64,000 nucleotides of DNA from Camelus dromedarius (Eukaryota), in assembly GCF_036321535.1 (NCBI RefSeq), contig NC_087437.1, forward strand, positions 119,848,001 to 119,912,000, given 5' to 3'. The position numbers were made by a program, and so were the translations under genes. The notes beneath the pieces were generated by a model. The model ran no database searches, had not been told where the DNA came from, and saw only the letters and a list, made by a program, of their open reading frames with translations. Positions 1 to 11,628 of the stretch are shown piece by piece (positions within the stretch are counted from its first letter, which is position 1; every line of letters starts with the position of its first letter).

Positions 1-537
1 GTGCCAGACTGAAATACTCTGGTTTGCTTTGAGGGCAGACAAAGCCTTATAAAAGCTTACAGAGGCTAATGTAAAAGCAATAAAAAATGAATCATGGTCT
101 GATAGACAAAGGGAAAGGAACTTGGATTGGTTTATTCTCTGCTGGGTGGGGGCAGTCTAAATCGATCCTCATTCCAAGTGTGCAGTCGGAAATACCAGTA
201 GTCTGAGAACAAAGCAGAGACTGTTCACCGTTACGGGGAGCGACAGTGGTGGAGAGGCCAAGAGACCACCGCTGCTTCCCATCCAGATCACCACTGAAAG
301 CCTGATTTCAACTTTCAGGCACTGCGCGCGTCTCTGGGCTTGGAGCGAAGTAGTTCGAGGTTGTATCCAGAGCCACGCTGACCTGGCCAGGCCAGGCTCG
401 CTCTCTTGGCTCAGAGTCCTCATTTGTGATGGGGATGATGATAACACCAACCAGCGAGGTTCTTACAAGGACCCAGGGTCGCAGGGTATAAGGCGCTTGG
501 CTCAGCTTCTGGCCCACGCGTGGGCTCAACCTCAGTT

Positions 538-652
538 GGTGGAGGTGGCGGCGGCCGTGTTGACGGAGGTGATTGTGGCGGCGGTGGTGTTGGTGTTCAT
601 GGAGGTGGCTGCGGTGGAAGTGGATCACGGCGGTCATGGCGGAGGCGGCGGG
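538..652. repeat. Degenerate (GGT/GGC/GGA)n triplet low-complexity tract
   Basis: ggtggaggtggcggcggc...ggcggaggcggcggg; the source of the Gly-rich and His-rich pseudo-ORFs. Confidence 0.75.
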
Positions 653-1224
653 TAGTGCAGCCTAAAACCAGAGATGCAGAGCTCAGCCTCAGCTTGTTCA
701 CCCAGGAGGCCGCTTGGGCACTGGTGTCCCCTGATCTGATGGACAGGTCCTGTGCTCGCGGCTGGAGCACAGAGAAGCTGCCCTAGGCCCTGCCCACGAG
801 GACCTCGCCTTCCAAAGGCTTCCCTCCATGTCCGAGTGAGATCAAATGGATCATTTCACCTATCAAAGTGTTTGAAACCTTGCGTGGCGATCCTGTTAGC
901 TGGTACGCATTTATACTGATGCGACCCCAGTTTTCACTGCACTTCGGATGTTACTGGACGTGGCTGGTAACCAATACAGGGAGGTCGGTTAGAGCGATCG
1001 GAGCTTTGTGAGTTTGTGCTTTGCGACGGCCATCCCAAGTTATATGTCCCCGTGTCCGAACACGTGAACCACCCAGAGGTGATCACGTGTTGAAGTTCAG
1101 GCCGCGTGTCTTCAGTGCCTCTTGCTTGTGAACATGGCCTTTGAGGGGTCAAGGAGGAGCCTCCTTGTCTCCAGGGAGGACACCCGTGAGTTTCGAAGAG
1201 CCCCTCCTGTCATCTCAGCTGCCA

Positions 1225-1390
1225 CTTAACCGAGCACCTCATGCACCCCAGGGCTCTGGATGTCAGGGTGAATCCTCCTAAAACCCTGAGCGGCCTCACT
1301 CTGCAGGTGAAGAGTCAGAGCCTCAGAAAGACTAAGAAACCTGCTCTGGGTCACGCTGGCAAGAGGGGAGGCTGAAAGTAAACCCAGCTC
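1225..1390 (-). mobile_element. MIR SINE fragment
   Basis: ctgcaggtgaagagtcagagcctcagaaagactaagaaacctgctctgggtcac resembles the MIR core (ttacagatgaggaaactgaggctcagagaggttaagtaacttgcccaaggtcac). Confidence 0.6.
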
Positions 1391-3589
1391 CCTGGCTCCT
1401 CCCCACCCACTCCTCTACCCTGCTCATGCTTTGAGCAGCGCACAACCCTGACACCAGCCAAGGGCGACCCTGGGGTTGTGAGACAGTGGGAACCCCTCAG
1501 GCTCCAGCCACCCCAGGGCCCACCCAGGCAGACAGAGCCGCTAAGAGCAGCCACTCCCGAGGTGAGCGTGCTGACCATCCTCATTCCAGGCCCCCGTGCC
1601 CTGATGGCCAAAGAGTTAGTGTAGTAATTTGCACAATTTTAGCAACTGACCTGTTTTTTCCTCAAAAATTTTCACATACAACCCGAATATGTAACGCTTA
1701 CACACAGTTAAGTGGCATGTCTTTGTACCCTGCTATTCTATACATTCAAATTTGTAGCGCCCACTAGAGAATTACTGGGAACAGACAGGGTCCTTGTGTG
1801 AGCACTGAGTTTGAAATTGGGGGTTCAGGGGGGCAGCCGCAGGCTCACGTCGGCCTCAGCATCAGTCAGCCTCGGTTTGTTGTACTGGTCTCCCGAACGC
1901 TGCCCGAGGAGGGCCCTGGCTTGCCCCGGCCCGTGGCCATGGGCGAGACACTCAGGGCTCAGGACAGCAGTCATGGGCAGCCGTCTGGGTGCCAACCAGG
2001 TGGACCTGTCCCCTGAGATGCCGTGTCCCTTCTCAAATGTGTTGATAGTTCGGTCATTACAGCTGAGTACTCGCTTTATCATTAGTGCCTAAAAGAGTGT
2101 ACGCGTGAATCTACTTAAAGAGAGGGTATCTGAACCCAGGGCTGGCAGACCACCACCCCCACCTGACCAGGGCAGCGCTGGTCGACCAGAACTCCCTCCC
2201 CAAGTCTGGGGCGCAGCTCCCCTCCCCCTCCCCAGCTGGTCTCCCCCCGCCTCCCGGTCTGGACCCCACAGGGCCCCTGCCAGGCTCTCTGCAGCCCCCT
2301 CAGGAGGACTCCACACCCTTCCTGGAGGGGTCAGGAAGATGCGTGGGTCCGAAGGGCATTCAGCTAAGGTCTGGAGCTGCAGACAGCCTTTAACAGCCGT
2401 CCCTCTAGCAGGAAGCCCCGGCACGTGGATGGCGGGCCCAAGACTCAGCAGGACTGCGGGTGGGAGCGGCCTCCCGGCCGCCCTCGGTCTGCACGGCCTC
2501 GGCCCCCTCGGGGCCACGGTGGACCCCTCCAGCCCCGTCCTCGGTCAGCGGCTCGGCCTGTGTCCCTGCAGCGCACGGGCCCGTGGGGGCTGTGTCCGTG
2601 TCCATGCCTGGAGGCGCCGTCCCTCCACCCGCACATCTCTGCCCCCCCCCCCCCGCTCTGATGATCCCCCCCCCCCGCCTCCTGCTCATGCTCCCCTCCC
2701 CCAGCTCCCAGGCAGATGCTGTTTAAATTCTGATTTTTGTCCTCTGGTTAACTGGTGCTTCATTTTCTCATCACTTGGCTGAATGCCAAAGAGTATTCTT
2801 TCCAAATAAAAACAGTAAAGGCCCTCTTTTCCCCTCTCGTAGGGATTCGATGGAAAGGCAGCTCTGCCTGCCGTTCAAGGGCATGTTCCTAAGGTAGTTC
2901 TTGTGTCAGTTACTAACCTCAGCTTCCAGATCGAGACAGCGCCTTTCTGGGTTGCAAAGCCCTGCATATTCGTCACAGGATATTTGAAAAGTACAGAGCA
3001 GTGTAGAAAAGAAAGGAACCCACAACCCCACCAGACGGGGGCCCCACGCTTGTGTTTCCCGACTTCCCCTCCCGGTGTTGTCTTCGGGGAGAGAGAGGGA
3101 ATAGCTTTCTTGTACGTAATCTTTTATTTTGATCATTTCCACTCATTGCATCAGCAGCGTTCACAAACATGATTCCAGTGCCTATATAACGTCCCAGCAT
3201 GGAGACCTATTAAGATGCAATCATTTCATTATTTTGAGATATTTAGCTTAATTCCACTTCTCTGCAGTAACTAAGAGAAGAGGGAACCCCACCCCCACCG
3301 CCTGGCCCAGCTCTTTGCTCGCAAAGTGGCTGGCCGTGCGGGGCCGTGGTCTGGGCCTGAAGCCGGGAGGTGCCTGGAACTCTGCCTGGCACTTACTAAC
3401 TGCTCTTATTACACTGTGTTTGCTGGTATTATTTTCTTAAGAGCAGTTCCAGGAAACGGGATTCTGGGTCAAAGGGCACAACTTTGGCCACACGGCTTCC
3501 CAGCAGGGCCCCATGGGCACACTTTCTCTCTCAAGCGTCTCCCCCATCCCCCAGCCAGAGCTGGTGACTTCACTTTATTCAGATACGCT

Positions 3590-4160
3590 CTTGGGGTCCC
3601 TGGGGATTAGCATGCAGTTGTGAACAGTACCACAGAGAGGTCAAGTCACCTTTCACCCTGTCTCCCCCACGTAACGTCCTGCAAAACCTCCGTGCAGGAC
3701 GGCTGCCAGGCTGTTACCATGAGCCCCGTCCTCCACCTCATTCAGACTGTCCAGTTCTACTGTGCTCATTGGGGTGCGTCCGTTGAGCTCTGTACAGCTT
3801 AATCGCGCATGCAGCACCTCGTGTCCACCGCCGTGGTCATGGGCACGGTGGAGAACAGTTCCACCCGCTCTGTCCCCACACCCACCTCCTCCTCCACCCA
3901 CCCCGTGCTCGCGCACCCCGGCCCCCACGCTGTCTGTTCTCCATCTCTGAAATCGTGCCATTTCAGGAATGTCGTGTGAATGGAACCGCACAGGATGTAG
4001 CCTTTTGGGGACTGGCTTTTATTCACTCAGCATAAATCCCTCAGACCCATCTCGGCTGTTTCTTGGCTCAGTGACTCATCCATGGTGTGGACGGACCAGA
4101 GTTTGTTTAGCATTCACCTCCTGAAGGGCATCTGGGTTGCTTCCAGGTTTGGGCAATCCA
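3590..4160 (-). mobile_element. Old L1 (L1MC/MD-like) 3' UTR fragment
   Basis: catttcaggaatgtcgtgtgaatggaaccgcacaggatgtagccttttggggactggctttt...gggcatctgggttgcttccaggtttggg is typical of antisense L1M 3' UTR; boundaries approximate. Confidence 0.75.
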
Positions 4161-7100
4161 TCACTTTTTCATTCTTGCCAATTTGATTACTTGCTTTCAA
4201 TTTCTAGGAGGCCAATAGGGTGATTTTGAGATGTCAGTGCCCTATTTTCATTGGGTGGAGGTTCCTGTTGTCAGCTTGGCATTTATAATGAACCGTCATC
4301 GTCATCACGTCATAAGAGGAAGCAAAAGGATGAAGAAGTGTTAATGCTGAGGTTTTAAGATGCTCAGGGGGCTGAAATCAAGAACCACCATGAACAGAGC
4401 GAGGAGGGGGCCAGAATGGACATCACTGGAGTCCAGTTCTAGTCTCCAGAGGAAGGAAGACAGAGCCAGGTCCCCACATGGAGGAACAGAACCCGCCATG
4501 TCTCCGCGGGAAGGAAGCTGGATGGGGAAGAAAAGTGCTTCCCTACCCTTCCTCCTTTGGGACCTCAGCCTCCCGGTGTCTACAGCACCAGGCTGCCACC
4601 TTCAGCTGTCACCATTTAAAATCACTTTAGGGAAAGATCGCAGAAGAATTATAATGAGGACATTTTTACCCGAGTTTTGTCACCCCAAGTTGAGAGATGC
4701 TCTGTGAACGTCGTTGCTAAGGCAGTTGAATAAAAAAATCTCACAGTCAGTGTGAGCAGAATCAGCAAGACAACGACCGTAGTTGCATGTTTTACGACAG
4801 CCAAGCCAGCAGCACAGCTTACCTGACACGGATAGCTTTCAATGATGTGGAAAAGGAACACATGTTTTCTGTGATCTTGAAAGGGAAATCGTGCCATCCT
4901 GGTTGACCAGCTTCATGAGACATCTCCCTGGTGAAAAAGATCGTAGCCAGCCCCGCAGAGAAAAGTCCCCAGGACACACGGCTTTCTGAGCAGCCTCAGT
5001 CGTCCCCACCCTGCTGGTCTCTGGTCCCTCCCGACACCCACAGACTGAACTTGGCCTCTGTGATAGTGGTGGCTCTTGTCTTTCCCAGCCTGCAAATCCC
5101 AACCCAAACCTAAGTTGCCACTCTGTTACCTTACTTGTCCAGGACGGGGAGCACTTCCCAACATAGCGCCACAAAGATCTGCGTGAGAAAGCTGCCGTTT
5201 CCGTGGTCGCTGACTTCGTGCCAGGTCAAACTCGAATCCCACAAACCCAGCAAGAGTGCTCTCCACAGCTGCAAGGAAGTGCCTGGGACAGAAATAGGAA
5301 ACCCAGCGCGGGTTCTTCTCTGCGTCCAGGCACCGAGCTGGGGAGGGGCGCTCATCCCGGCCCCGGCGCTTAGAGGCTGGGGCTCCGCTCTGACTACTAC
5401 CGTCCCGCACAGGCTCCCAGTTACTCAGAGGAGGAAGTCATGTTTTCTGCAGCCACTACCAACCACATCTGGGCTGAATAGACGGGAAACGGCCAGAGTG
5501 AACGGGGCCGGGGTCATGAGGAGCTGTTTTCACAGGTGGAGCCCACATGAAAGGACACTATACCCGATCTTTCTCATGTCCAAGCATCCCCAGGGCGGCC
5601 CTCTCCCCGCAGCCAGGCTCGTTCTGTGCCTGGACCACGGAGGCCTGGCACTGGCAGCCACCCCCACGGCTCCTCGGTGCCCCGCCTTAAAGAGGGGGAG
5701 GCCAGAAGCCAAAGGACAGCAGGTGATGAGCATTAAGACCAGCGTGTCTTGACACTTTCTTGTTAATAGTTTCCACCTGTGTGAATTCGCCCATGACTAT
5801 TAAGGCGTGTGTGTCGGGGGCTTAATCCTCAAGTGTGTGCTACAGAACTCAGAACTGGTACCTGGCAGAGATGGAAACAGCGTCTCTGCACCGTCAGCCA
5901 GTGTTCCGACCCTGGCCAGCTGCCCCAGGCTCTGGGCATAGGGACAGAGCAAGACTTGACTCTGGGGCTGACACTGACCAGGGAGTTAGCCACAACCATC
6001 GTGGGTGGACATGGAAGCAGGCACTGGCTGGCCACGTACCATGGTCAGGGACGCACGGAGGACGGCTGGGAGTGGAGTCGGGACGCTGGGGACCAGGTGC
6101 ACACCAGCCCTTCCCTCCTGAGGCCTGCGGTGGGGCCTGAGCTGCGGGAAGCCCCTGTGCACCCCAGTCCAGCAGCTTCCCTGCAACAGAGTTTGCTGCC
6201 AAATTGAAGAATTAGTCACCAGAGGTATATCACTGGATCAGTCCCTCCAAACTGAAAAATGGGACGCGTCGGGCTTAATTCTGCACTTTTCAGGTTCCCC
6301 AAAACACGGCACATGAGCTAGGTCGCAGCCTGAATTGGGAAACGGATTTAAGGGGCCCTGGCAGTGCCCCACGGGCCGATGGTGAGGATGCAGGGCACTC
6401 TCAGGAGGTGGGAGACCCTCCCAGAAGAGGTCAGAAGTGGGGGGCTGCCCCTGTCTGTGGGGAACACCTCGGGGCCTCCGCTGGTCCCGCTGAAGCCTGG
6501 AGCCCCGGCCCTGCCGCTGCTGGCGTGGCCTGTGCCCTACTTCCCTTCCAGGGCACGCCCCTCGGGGATCGGTTTCCACTCCAGAACACCTCAGCCGCCC
6601 CCTATTCACGCAGGTCTCCTCTCCCTGCACGATGTCCTCACGCTGAAACGCGCAGCTGTGTTTCCTGGCCTAAAGTCCCATTTGAAATCTCTCCCAAGGA
6701 GCATGGAAACCCTTTTATCCTGGCTGGGTTTGCGGGAAGACCTCAGATTGCCCTCCAGGAGACCTGGCTCGGCGGTGATCAGATCTCCATCCTCTAACCT
6801 CGTAACGGGAAACTCGATTACCTGGAGCTGCCTGGAGGCCATCCGTCCTCCTGCCTTTCCACACGCAGACTGGACCACGGGACCTCAGGGGCCGATTTCT
6901 GCATCCTCCTCCCTCCATGAGCCTCTGAACTGGGCGTCCAGGGGAGAGAGGGAAGCAGTAGAATCTCATCCCTGACAGAGGCCTCTGGACTCAGGATGGA
7001 CGAGAAGTCACTCCCGGGCCTCTAGAAGCTGCCGTCCTGTCTCTTTAGCCCCAAGGCCGCCTGGCTGTGGGGGGCGGCGCTCTGACCATCTGCTCCCCAG

Positions 7101-10100
7101 TCACCAGCCCTGCTTCACCGCGTGTGTTGGCGGAGCTGCGTTTGTTTTAGTTTGTTGGTGTTATTTTCCTTTTTCCTTTTTCTGTTTTCTTCTTGTTTTT
7201 TTCCTTTATTTTTAAGGTTTTTTTTGTTTGGAGGTGCTTTTGATACCAAGAAACAGAAACATGCTTGTGCCAACTCCAGACCAGAGGCTCTCCTGCCCGC
7301 TGCTCCCCTCCCTCCCACAGTCCCCCCCCCACTGCTGTCCCTTGTGGGTGGCCCAGGGCAGTCAGCCCAGGGCAGCCTCCCCGTGACCCTGCAGCTCACT
7401 CCAGTTGCCGCCAGTTCTGAGTCGCTCAGTAAATTTCTCAGGAGGCAAGGTGAATGTGTACTGGCCGGACAGTCGTAGGTCGGGCAGCGGGGAGGGCCAG
7501 GGCCCTAGAGAGCGTGCGGAGCAGCCAGCTGGTGGAGGCTTCCTGTGCTGTGAGGGGTGTGGCTTGGCCACTGCAGTCCCCGGGTCTCACTCCTGAATCC
7601 CCACCTGTAAGGACAGGCCTAGAGGACGTCTTTCAGAAAGGTCCCCACCCAGCAGTCTGGCTGGGAGGGCACAGCCCTGACCAGAGCCCTGGGTCCCGCG
7701 TCCTGGGCTGCCCCACGGGAATGGGTCAAGGCCGGTCCCAACCGTGTGCTAAGCCAGAAGGTCCAGGCACCAGGTGTGCTCTGGCGATGCTCACCTCCCT
7801 CCCCGGCCTGGCCTGCCTGCCGCCGGCCTCCTGCAAAGCCCCAGGCCCGTCCTGCTGTGGGCTGTGGCCGCACAGCCTGGGAGCCCCCGCCCTGGCCTCC
7901 GTCCCTGCCTTTCTGGAGTCAGGTGTTCCCCGCCCACCAAGAAACAGGGCAAGGGAAGGAGCTGGGTTAGACCGTCTTTCTTCAAGCTCTGTAAACCCTG
8001 CAGACTGTAAATTGGAAGTCCTACTAATATAAAACTGGGTGCCACAGTGTGGCCAAAAGTCATTTTGGGTGTATTTGGCAACTTGAAAGCCCCCTGGAGA
8101 CGTCCATCCCCAGTCAGGATTTTAGAGCCAGCAGGGACTGAGGTTCACAGGCGGCTGCGATGGTGTGAAACTGAACTTTGTGCTAAAGGGGTAGTGTCCT
8201 GAGTGCTCTGTTCAGACACGTTTCCCTCACGTGTTGCTCATCTCGGCCCTGAGGGGCAGGTGGAGCTGACGTGATGGACGCCCTTTACAGAAAAGCAAAC
8301 CGAGGCCTCGGGTGGTGATGGGCTTGCCCACGGCAGCGGGCAGCAGGGGGAGACCAGGGACAAGGTGAGGCACAGGACCCCCACACTTGCCCCGACACCA
8401 TCGCTGTTAGAGGCTGGTTTGAATACAGACATTACACACCGTGCAAAGCCCGGGAGTCGGAGCTGTTTCGGTGATGGGTAGACGCTGGACAGAGGGAGGC
8501 CTGGGATGCAAAGCTGTCTTCCTGACCACTCACTCCTGGCCCCTGGGAGCCCCGGACACTCCGTGTGCCTGTTTCGTCATGGAGAGCCCTCAGAACGGGC
8601 TGGGTGGGTGGCTGGTGCCCCGTGAGCATACTTCATCCAGCAATGCGGGCAGCAGGAAGGTTCCAGACGCTCAAGTTCCCTCCGACATTCAGAGACCCCG
8701 CTGACTGTGAGGAAACATTAACATCCAGCAGAGAGCAGGCCTTGGTTCCCATCTGTTTCCTTTGTCTTGTTTTAACGCCGCGGCGCTGCCAGTCGGCACA
8801 CATGGAGGACGTCGGGGGGTCCGCTGTGCTTGCTGATGAGCCCCAGCCCGCTTCGCCTCCGGCTGGATGGCCATACAAAATCTGTGTTTCTCCTTTAATC
8901 TTGCTGTCTCCACGTCTCCCGTTTAAATATCATTTCACTGACGCTTCCCCCCACCCCCAGTCTTTGGTTCTGGATAAAGGATTTGCAAAATGATTCAGCC
9001 TGTAAACAAAAAGCCTTGTGCCTTCCGGACCAGGCTGCCGTGGGGTCTCCCCGGGCCCACCAGGCACTTGTGCTGCAGGGGCTGCTTTCCCACTGCTGAC
9101 GCCGGCGGAGACCTGGGCGGTCCCGGCGCTCCCCACCGAGGGCCCCGGTGTCGCCCCTCCAGCTCCTCACCGGGCTGGCCCTAACAAAGGCTCACGAACT
9201 AACTAGATAAATAAGACAAAGGTGTGACTCTCACAGACAGAAAATGGCCACACGTCAAAGATCTTTTTACCTAGCTTGTCAGCTGAACAAGGGCGCCAGT
9301 AAGATTTACAACCAGTTCAAAAGAGAAATCAAAGAACCTACATTTCTGTGCAGTAGAGGAATGTCGGCTCGGATTTACAGACGGACACAGCGTGGTTCTC
9401 CGCTGTGATGAAAGACACCCGTGTCGTCTTTTCTGCTTGTTCCCGGTTTCCTTGCAGCCCCCAGCCTGTCGTCAAAGCTAGTCTCAAAGAAAGGCTGTCC
9501 TGGGTCAGGAGGGAGGCTGGCCCCGCTGGGTTTGGCCGGCCCGTGGGCCCTCCTGGGCTTGCTCGGCTGCAAGACTCCATAATTGGACTTTTTAAAGCAT
9601 CTATTATTTGGTGTCCCGAGGCTAAGAAGTCATTACAAAAGGCTCTCCTCCAGGTTTCATCTGCAGTGCTTACAAATGTGGGCAAACTCATCTCTTGTCA
9701 AGGCCCCGGAATATTCCAACCCTCTGGCCTTTCTTCCCACCCGGACGGCTGGGCACCTGGGGGCCAGGTTCCAGGGCAGTCCCCCGGCCTTGTCATCACG
9801 CTCAGCATCTTCCACGTCTGGAGGTGACCTGTAGCCACCTGACCCTTTTCTGGAAGTCTCGGGGCAGATCAAGAGTGTTCACAGAGCTCTCCTGCCCTCC
9901 CCCTTGGCCCACCCCTGCCTTTTACTGGGGTCTGTGATAAACCCGCAGAGCCAACCCGCACCAAGTCGAAATGAACTTCACTAACGTTCAAGTGGGAAAG
10001 TCAGAAACGGCCTCACAGCGGTGGGTGCGTGGCCAGGACCCCACACCAGCCCCGTCTCGGGCACAGCCCAGAAAGCCCGGGGGGAGCTGAGGTCTGTGCT

Positions 10101-11557
10101 GATGTGCTGGGGGTGCGCTGCCCTGAAAACGCAGGCGTGAGAGGAGAGGTCGGGTGAAGGAAGGCGCCTCTGGCTGGTGGGGGGGGGGGGTGCTCTGCAG
10201 AGAAGCTGCCAGAGGACAGAGGGAGGGGGACCTCTGAGCAGGGTGCAGAGCTGAGGGCCCGGGAGGGGCACCCCTGGACTGGAGTGAACCTGGGGGGGCT
10301 GGGGGGTCACATGCTCCAGGGACAAACCCCAGAGCCTCAAGTGCCCACGAGGAGGTGGGCCTTCTCCTGTGGGCGAGCAACGCCCAACCAGGTCTGAGTT
10401 CTGGAAACCGAGGCTGGGTGCTGGGGCGAGGCTGGGAGCCGGGCGGGGCCAGCGCGGAGGCAGGCCGGGCCGCGGGGCGGCCGGTGCAGACCATCACGGA
10501 GGGTGCGGGCTCCACGGGGAGAACGCGCGCAGGCCTGGGGGCGGGCTGGCGGCGTCCCGGCGTTGCCAGCCCAGCCGCACACAGGAGGCGGCGGTAGTCA
10601 GGGAGAGGCTGCATTTGCCGGGGAAATGTCTGCTGGCTCTGTTTCACCGTTTCCAGTTTAAAAAAAAAAAAAAAAAGATGCAAACTGATCTTCACTGAGA
10701 ACACGGTGCTCTGGGCACTGAGAAATAACCGCTCTCCTCGGGCTTGGCTCTTCCACACCCAGGGAGTCCTGCTGACGAGCAGAGAGGGACCGTACGGCAG
10801 TTAGCCCAGGAAAGGGAAATGTCTGTTGTGACGGAAAGTGGGGCCTTGGCGTGGACCGTCCCCAGTGCTGCCCGGCCTTGGAGGCCAGTGCCCCTCACCA
10901 TGCTTGAAACCTCTCCCAGGAAGGGCTTCCCGAGCCGAGACTCACAGTCGGGGCCCCTTGGACAAAGGATGCTGAGACAAACGCGTGTGCCTCCTGTCCG
11001 GCCAGGACTGGACACCCCGGCCGTGCGCACAGCTGCCTCCTGTGAGGTCGGTTCACCTTGCAGCCCGGAGGCCACACTGGATGCTTCTCATTGTGACTCC
11101 CTCTGATTCAGTCGGACAACCTCAGCCCCAAATCCTAAAAGGCAATCTTTTTAAGCTAATGACCTTAAAATATTTTTAACGCAATGGCCCCCAGAGGTTG
11201 TTGAGCCCCCCAGCGGTATGATATCATTCAGCCGAGGTGGTCAGCGGTGCGTCAGACGTCACCACGGTGGACGGGGGGCCCCAGTGTCCACACCTGCGGG
11301 TGCACTTACGTGGGCAACAGCTCTGTTTTTCACGACTCTTTTCAGTGAACAAAAGCATGAAGGTTTCTCAACCTGTGTAAATCAGCGAAGTGGGAAGGTG
11401 TGTAACATTTCAGTGCCCACAGCTCTTCTGTTTTGTCTTGTAAAAATTAACCTGCAGGTCAGTCGGGCCCAGGGAGAAAGCTCTAGAATCTGAGATCACT
11501 GTGGAAATGGCTGCCCCGCTCTGCCACTCCTCACGGCCTGCTGCTTCTGTTTTGTAG

Positions 11558-11628
11558 GTGGTCTTTAGCAAGTACTGCAACTCCAGCGACATCATGGACC
11601 TGTTCTGCATCGCCACTGGCCTGCCTCG
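11558..11628 (+). CDS. PDE9A: PDE9A coding exon (human exon 2 equivalent), 71 nt
   Basis: ttctgttttgtag|GTG...CCTCG|gtgagt; encodes [23 protein letters not shown](R). Confidence 0.97.

Noticed and set aside
1..330. TATA-like (ttataaaa) and AATAAA motifs suggesting an LTR or gene end
   Set aside because: Truncated by the window edge and no family recognised; short motifs alone are insufficient.
308..786. His-rich and Gly-rich ORFs
   Set aside because: Artefact of the GGN triplet low-complexity tract.
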